From contig JBCCHT010000002.1 in assembly GCA_039028615.1 (NCBI GenBank), positions 96,001-160,000 of the forward strand: a stretch of 64,000 nt of DNA, given 5' to 3'. Every line of letters starts with the position of its first letter. The first letter of the stretch is position 1. The stretch comes from Myxococcota bacterium (GTDB lineage Bacteria; Myxococcota_A; Polyangia; Nannocystales; Nannocystaceae). The translations under genes were made by a program, and so were the position numbers. The notes under the pieces were generated by a model, which was given only the letters and a program-made list of their open reading frames with translations, was not told the origin of the DNA and ran no database searches. Of the stretch, positions 59,609-64,000 are shown piece after piece.

Positions 59609-60447
59609 TTCGGCAGATCCAAGTCGCAGACGGCGGGGCCCGGCTCGACGCAGCGCCCGAAGCTGCACTCGTAGTCGTCGGCGCAGCTCCCCGAGATTTC
59701 GCAGGACTCGCCGACGACGGGCAGCGGAGCACAAAAACCATTGGGGCAGTAGCCACTGGCGCACTCGCGAAAGCCCATGCACGGCTGTCCGTTGGCGGTC
59801 AGGGCCATGCAGCGGGCCCGGCCATCGGTCGTGCCCGGCTCGAGCACACACTCCATCCCGTCCTCGCACACGTGCCCCGTGCACTCCTCACCGAGGCCGA
59901 CGACTCGCAGGCAGCGTCGATCGGCGCCGCACTCCAGTCCCTGTTCGCACTCGTGCTCCGAGCAGGACTCGGCTTCGCCGGCCGTGACGGGGCTTCCCTC
60001 GCGCACACACTCGAACGACGCATTGCACACCAAACCGATGCCGCACTCGCTGGACCACCGTGTGTTCTTCATGCACGGGTCCCCCTCGGATTGCGGCCCG
60101 TTGTTCAGGTCGCACGCCCGGAGCCCGTCGCGTAGGGGCTCGCAGCCGAGTTCGTCGAGCTGCGCCACGAAGCTGCCCATGCACGCGGCGTCGAAGGTGC
60201 CGAGCGTCATTCGGTCGATCCACTGGGTCACGTCGGCCCGGCAGTCCGTCATCGATTGATAGGGGGTGCCAACGCCACACCGGCACTCCTCCACGATGCG
60301 CTCGCACCACGCGATTTCGAGGGTGTCAGACACGTCGTCGAGTTCGACGGGCGGCGGCGCCTCTTCCGTCTCGCTCACACCGACCGGATCACACCCGGCG
60401 AACAATGCCACTGCGACCGCAATTGCGGATCCATATATCCAAGTCAT
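59605..60447 (-). CDS. Cys-rich lipoprotein
   Basis: FAGC lipobox; repeated GExC....C..G..C....C units; CTAG stop overlap with the kinase. Confidence 0.82.
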   Translation of the reverse strand: MTWIYGSAIAVAVALFAGCDPVGVSETEEAPPPVELDDVSDTLEIAWCERIVEECRCGVGTPYQSMTDCRADVTQWIDRMTLGTFDAACMGSFVAQLDELGCEPLRDGLRACDLNNGPQSEGDPCMKNTRWSSECGIGLVCNASFECVREGSPVTAGEAESCSEHECEQGLECGADRRCLRVVGLGEECTGHVCEDGMECVLEPGTTDGRARCMALTANGQPCMGFRECASGYCPNGFCAPLPVVGESCEISGSCADDYECSFGRCVEPGPAVCDLDLPN

Positions 60448-60566
60448 GCTCAAACTCCTACTGACAAGCTAAGCGGCCCCGCCCACAACATGCGGGAACG
60501 GCATGAGCGTACCACATGCAGTGCAAAATTCAGGCGGGCGTCGAACGAGGTCCTAAGATGTGCCCC

Positions 60567-62048
60567 ATGTCGGTACGCGCGAAGGTGTTGGCGGCGGCGG
60601 TCCTCGCCGGCTGTGGGAGCGACCCCGCGCCGAGCACCGATGACGCGGGCTCGTCGTCGGCCGGCACCACCGATGCGTCCGACGGCCCATCGGCGTCCAC
60701 GAGCACCACGAGTGTGACGGACTCTTCGTCGTCCTCGTCCTCGGGTGCCGACGACGAATCGACCACCGCCGACAATCCGACCCTCGACGAAATCCTGCAG
60801 GCGCTGCTCGACCGACAAGACCCGCCCGTCGTGCCGCTCGTCGCTCCCGAGCCCGCCGAGCCCGCCCTCGTCGCGCTGGGTGAGGCCCTGTTCTTCGATC
60901 CGATCCTCTCGGGCAACCAGGACATCGCGTGTGCGACCTGCCATCACCCCGACTACGGGCTCAGCGATGGCCTGTCTCTCACCCTCGGGACCGGAGCCAC
61001 CGGGGTCGGGCCGGCCCGCGCCGAGGGGCCGCATCCCCCCTTCGTACCGCGGCACTCGATGTCGCTGTTCAACATCGGCCACGAGGAGTTCACGCATCTG
61101 TTCTGGGACTCGCGGGTCGAGACGGGTCCGGGTGGAATGCTGGCGACTCCGGCCGGGCCACAGCTGCTCGCCGAACTGGCGGGCCCGCTCGCAGCCCAGG
61201 CGATGTTCCCCGTGCTCGATCGACGAGAGATGCGCGGGCAGCCGGGCGACATGACTCTGGGCGACGAACCGAACGAGCTCGCGGCACTGCCCGACGACGA
61301 CCCGCAAGCGATCTGGGCCGCGCTCATGGCCCGACTCGGAGCCATCCCCGCGTACGATCCGTTGTTCGCCGCCGCATTTCCTTCACGGACCTTTGCCGAG
61401 CTGACCTTCGCCGACGCGGCCAATGCCATCGCCGCCTACGAGAGCACCGCGTTCTCCTTCCCGAGCGCCCCCTGGGACGACTACCTGGGCGGCGAGCTGA
61501 CGGCCATCACCGACGCAGCGAAACTCGGTGCCATCTTGTTCTACGGCTCGGCCGGCTGCGCCAACTGTCACGCCGGCCCGCTGCTCACCGACCACGAGCT
61601 CCACAGCACGGGCGTCCCCCAGCTCGGTCCGGGCACGGCGAGCGCGGCTCCCTTCGACTACGGGCGCGAGCACGTCACGGGCGACCCCGGCGACCGCTTC
61701 CAGTTTCGCACCCCGCCCCTGCGCAACGTCGAGGTCTCCGCCCCGTACATGCACGACGGCGCCCACCTCGACTTCGAGGACCTCCTGCGTCACTACGGCG
61801 ACGTCACCAACGGCATCGCCGACTACGACCCCAGCGATCTGCTGCCCGAGCTCATTCCCACGGTGCAGCAGGGCGCCGCGCACATCGACGAGATGAACGC
61901 CACCTTGTCCGACGAGCTGGTCCTCGAAGCGCAGCTGGCTGGTCTTTCGAATATCCGCGAGTTCCTGCTCACCCTCACCGATCCCGCCGTCTTCGACCTG
62001 CCGCAGCTGCGCCCGAGGTCGGTCCCCAGCGGTCTCGACGTCCCCTGA
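60567..62048 (+). CDS. Di-heme cytochrome c peroxidase family lipoprotein (MauG/BthA-like), paralog of 47415
   Basis: LAGC lipobox; S/T linker; LSGNQDIACATCH, LFWDSR, CANCH, FRTPPLRNV, APYMHDG, LLRHY. Confidence 0.9.
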   Translation: MSVRAKVLAAAVLAGCGSDPAPSTDDAGSSSAGTTDASDGPSASTSTTSVTDSSSSSSSGADDESTTADNPTLDEILQALLDRQDPPVVPLVAPEPAEPALVALGEALFFDPILSGNQDIACATCHHPDYGLSDGLSLTLGTGATGVGPARAEGPHPPFVPRHSMSLFNIGHEEFTHLFWDSRVETGPGGMLATPAGPQLLAELAGPLAAQAMFPVLDRREMRGQPGDMTLGDEPNELAALPDDDPQAIWAALMARLGAIPAYDPLFAAAFPSRTFAELTFADAANAIAAYESTAFSFPSAPWDDYLGGELTAITDAAKLGAILFYGSAGCANCHAGPLLTDHELHSTGVPQLGPGTASAAPFDYGREHVTGDPGDRFQFRTPPLRNVEVSAPYMHDGAHLDFEDLLRHYGDVTNGIADYDPSDLLPELIPTVQQGAAHIDEMNATLSDELVLEAQLAGLSNIREFLLTLTDPAVFDLPQLRPRSVPSGLDVP

Positions 62049-62148
62049 CGCGCCCTCGCGAGTTTGATTTCCGCAATGATCCCGAGGGCTGTGCGGCGTT
62101 CGGCCCGGTCACTGTGACGGCGCTCGCCGGGGTGAGAAACTGACGTCG

Positions 62149-64000
62149 ATGAGTTCGGACTCCGGGTCGAGCGGCGTGCCAGACAGCACGACCTCCGCTC
62201 GAAAGGACGAAGAATCGCTCATTACGGCCCGCTACGACGAAGAGCCCATCGACTCGGCGGCCCCCTTCGCGACCCGGGCCAAGCTCGGGCGACGCACCAG
62301 CGACGCTCTCGCCCCTCGCCGAATCGGGCGCTACATCCTGCTGGAACCGCTCGGCCGGGGTCGCATGAGCACGGTGTACGCGGGCTACGACGAGCAGCTC
62401 GATCGAAAGCTCGCGATCAAGCTGCTGCGGGACGACGGGTGGCCCAACGAAGACGCCCAGCAACGACTCCAGCAGCAAGCCCAAACCATGGCCAAGCTGT
62501 CGCACCCCAACGTGCTCACCGTGCACGAGGTGGGCCGCGACGAAGAGGTCATGTTCCTCGCCATGGAATTCGTTCGCGGCGAGACGCTGGTGCAGTGGCT
62601 ACAGACCCCACGCGCCTGGACCGACGTCGTCGACGTCTTCGTGCAGGCCGGGCGCGGGCTCCAGGCGGCCCATGAAGCGGGCATCGTGCACCACGACCTG
62701 ACGCCGCGGAACATCATGCTGCGCGAGGACGGGGTCGCCAAGGTGCTCGACTTTCGCCTTCCGGGCGCCACGAACGAAGCCGAGGGCGAGCAGATGGGGC
62801 CGGCCCCTGCGGCCTCCGGCCCGAAGCTCACCGCCTCGTCCACCCTGGTGGAGACGGGCATCGATCCGCCGAGCCATCGCGCCCCGGAGCAGCTCGAAGG
62901 CCGCGTGGGCGACGCCCGCAGCGACCAGTTCAGCTTCTGTGTCGCCCTGTACGAGGCGCTCTACGGCGAGCACCCGCACGAGGGAGACTCGATCGAAGCG
63001 CGCCTGGCCTCCGCCAATCGCAACGACATCCGCCGACCAACCCCGGGCAACACGGTGCCGGCCGCCGTGCACCGGGTCGTGCTGCGGGGGCTCCAGTTCG
63101 ACCCCGAGCAACGCTGGCCTTCGATGAAGGCCCTGCTCGAGCCTCTGTCTCGCCAGCTCACTCCCCGCCGTCGTCGATGGCTCGGCCCGGCGGCGGTCTT
63201 CGGCGCCGTCGGGGTGTTCGCGGCGGTGCGCTGGAGCAGCCGGGCGCTGTGGGACCCGACCTGCACCGGATCGCGAGACCGGGTGCAGGAAGCGTGGGAC
63301 GAGGCCCGGGCGCAACGAGTTCGCGACGCCATGTTGGCCACCGACCTGCCCTACGCCGCGGAGACCTGGGCTCGGGTGGAGCCACGACTGGACGCCTACG
63401 CCGAGGCGTGGATCCAGACCCACCGCGACGCGTGCGAGGCCACGGCCGTGCGCCGCGAGCAGAGCGAGCACCAACGAGACCTACGCATGGCGTGTCTGTC
63501 CAGCCGCCACCGACACCTGCGTACGATCGTCGACGAACTACAGAACGCCGATGCCCCCCTGGTGGAACAGGCGGTCGCCGCGGTGGCACAGCTGCCGAGA
63601 ATCTCTCGGTGCAGCGACCTGCCCGCCCTGGAGGCCGAGGTGCCGCCCCCCGACGACCCGGCGCAAGCGCAGCAGGTCACCGCCCTTCGCGAGCGGCTGG
63701 TGGAGTCGCGAGCCAAGTACAGCGCGGGCAAGTTCGACGCCGCCCGGACCATCACCGAGGAAGTCGTGCAGCAGGCCGACGATTTGGGCTACGAACCGCT
63801 GATCGCCCGCGCCCTCGCCCAGCGGGCCCAGCACTCCACCAACGCCGCGGAGTTCGAGATCGCCGTGGGCCAGTCCCGCCAGGCCTATGACCTGGCCGCC
63901 CAAAACGGTCTCGCCGACATTGCCGCGAGCACAGCTTCACTGCTCGTGCGAATCTACTCCTTCGGGCTCAACGAAGACGACGAAGCCGCGGCCTGGCTGT
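62149..64000 (+). CDS. Kinase-TM-TPR protein with degenerate kinase domain (probable pseudokinase), partial
   Basis: Absent from the ORF track because it is open at the edge; my translation from ATG 62149 gives GRGRMSTV, LAIK, QQQA, HHDLTPRN, DFR, PPSHRAPEQ. Confidence 0.85.
   Translation, partial: MSSDSGSSGVPDSTTSARKDEESLITARYDEEPIDSAAPFATRAKLGRRTSDALAPRRIGRYILLEPLGRGRMSTVYAGYDEQLDRKLAIKLLRDDGWPNEDAQQRLQQQAQTMAKLSHPNVLTVHEVGRDEEVMFLAMEFVRGETLVQWLQTPRAWTDVVDVFVQAGRGLQAAHEAGIVHHDLTPRNIMLREDGVAKVLDFRLPGATNEAEGEQMGPAPAASGPKLTASSTLVETGIDPPSHRAPEQLEGRVGDARSDQFSFCVALYEALYGEHPHEGDSIEARLASANRNDIRRPTPGNTVPAAVHRVVLRGLQFDPEQRWPSMKALLEPLSRQLTPRRRRWLGPAAVFGAVGVFAAVRWSSRALWDPTCTGSRDRVQEAWDEARAQRVRDAMLATDLPYAAETWARVEPRLDAYAEAWIQTHRDACEATAVRREQSEHQRDLRMACLSSRHRHLRTIVDELQNADAPLVEQAVAAVAQLPRISRCSDLPALEAEVPPPDDPAQAQQVTALRERLVESRAKYSAGKFDAARTITEEVVQQADDLGYEPLIARALAQRAQHSTNAAEFEIAVGQSRQAYDLAAQNGLADIAASTASLLVRIYSFGLNEDDEAAAWL

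Overview
High-GC, gene-dense bacterial DNA with about 52 CDS. The gene content points to a myxobacterium, probably Nannocystaceae-like (inference): a bactofilin triplet, pilB-pilT-pilC-pilS, a MYXO-CTERM protease, kinase-TM-TPR receptors and many Ser/Thr/Gly-linker or Cys-rich lipoproteins. Core genes (gshA-like, alaS, an RlmI-like methyltransferase, type IV pilus motor genes) are interleaved with accessory envelope genes. I found no tRNA, rRNA, CRISPR array, transposase or integrase. Most interesting: (1) a head-to-head pair of a Tat-signal lipoprotein carotenoid-cleavage dioxygenase and a RoxA-like di-heme lipoprotein, a candidate extracytoplasmic polyene/isoprenoid cleavage system; (2) two Tyr-type (MauG/BthA/MbnH-like) di-heme lipoproteins with no mau/mbn partners, each beside a Cys-repeat lipoprotein; (3) a degenerate kinase-TPR pseudokinase near an intact paralog; (4) a cytochrome-like lipoprotein with a CxCH motif; (5) readable operator candidates (Fur-like box, 22-bp perfect palindrome before DesKR, twin TetR sites); (6) a ~170-nt candidate rod-shaped RNA. 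All functions come from motif recognition by eye, with no database search, and several start codons are estimates.
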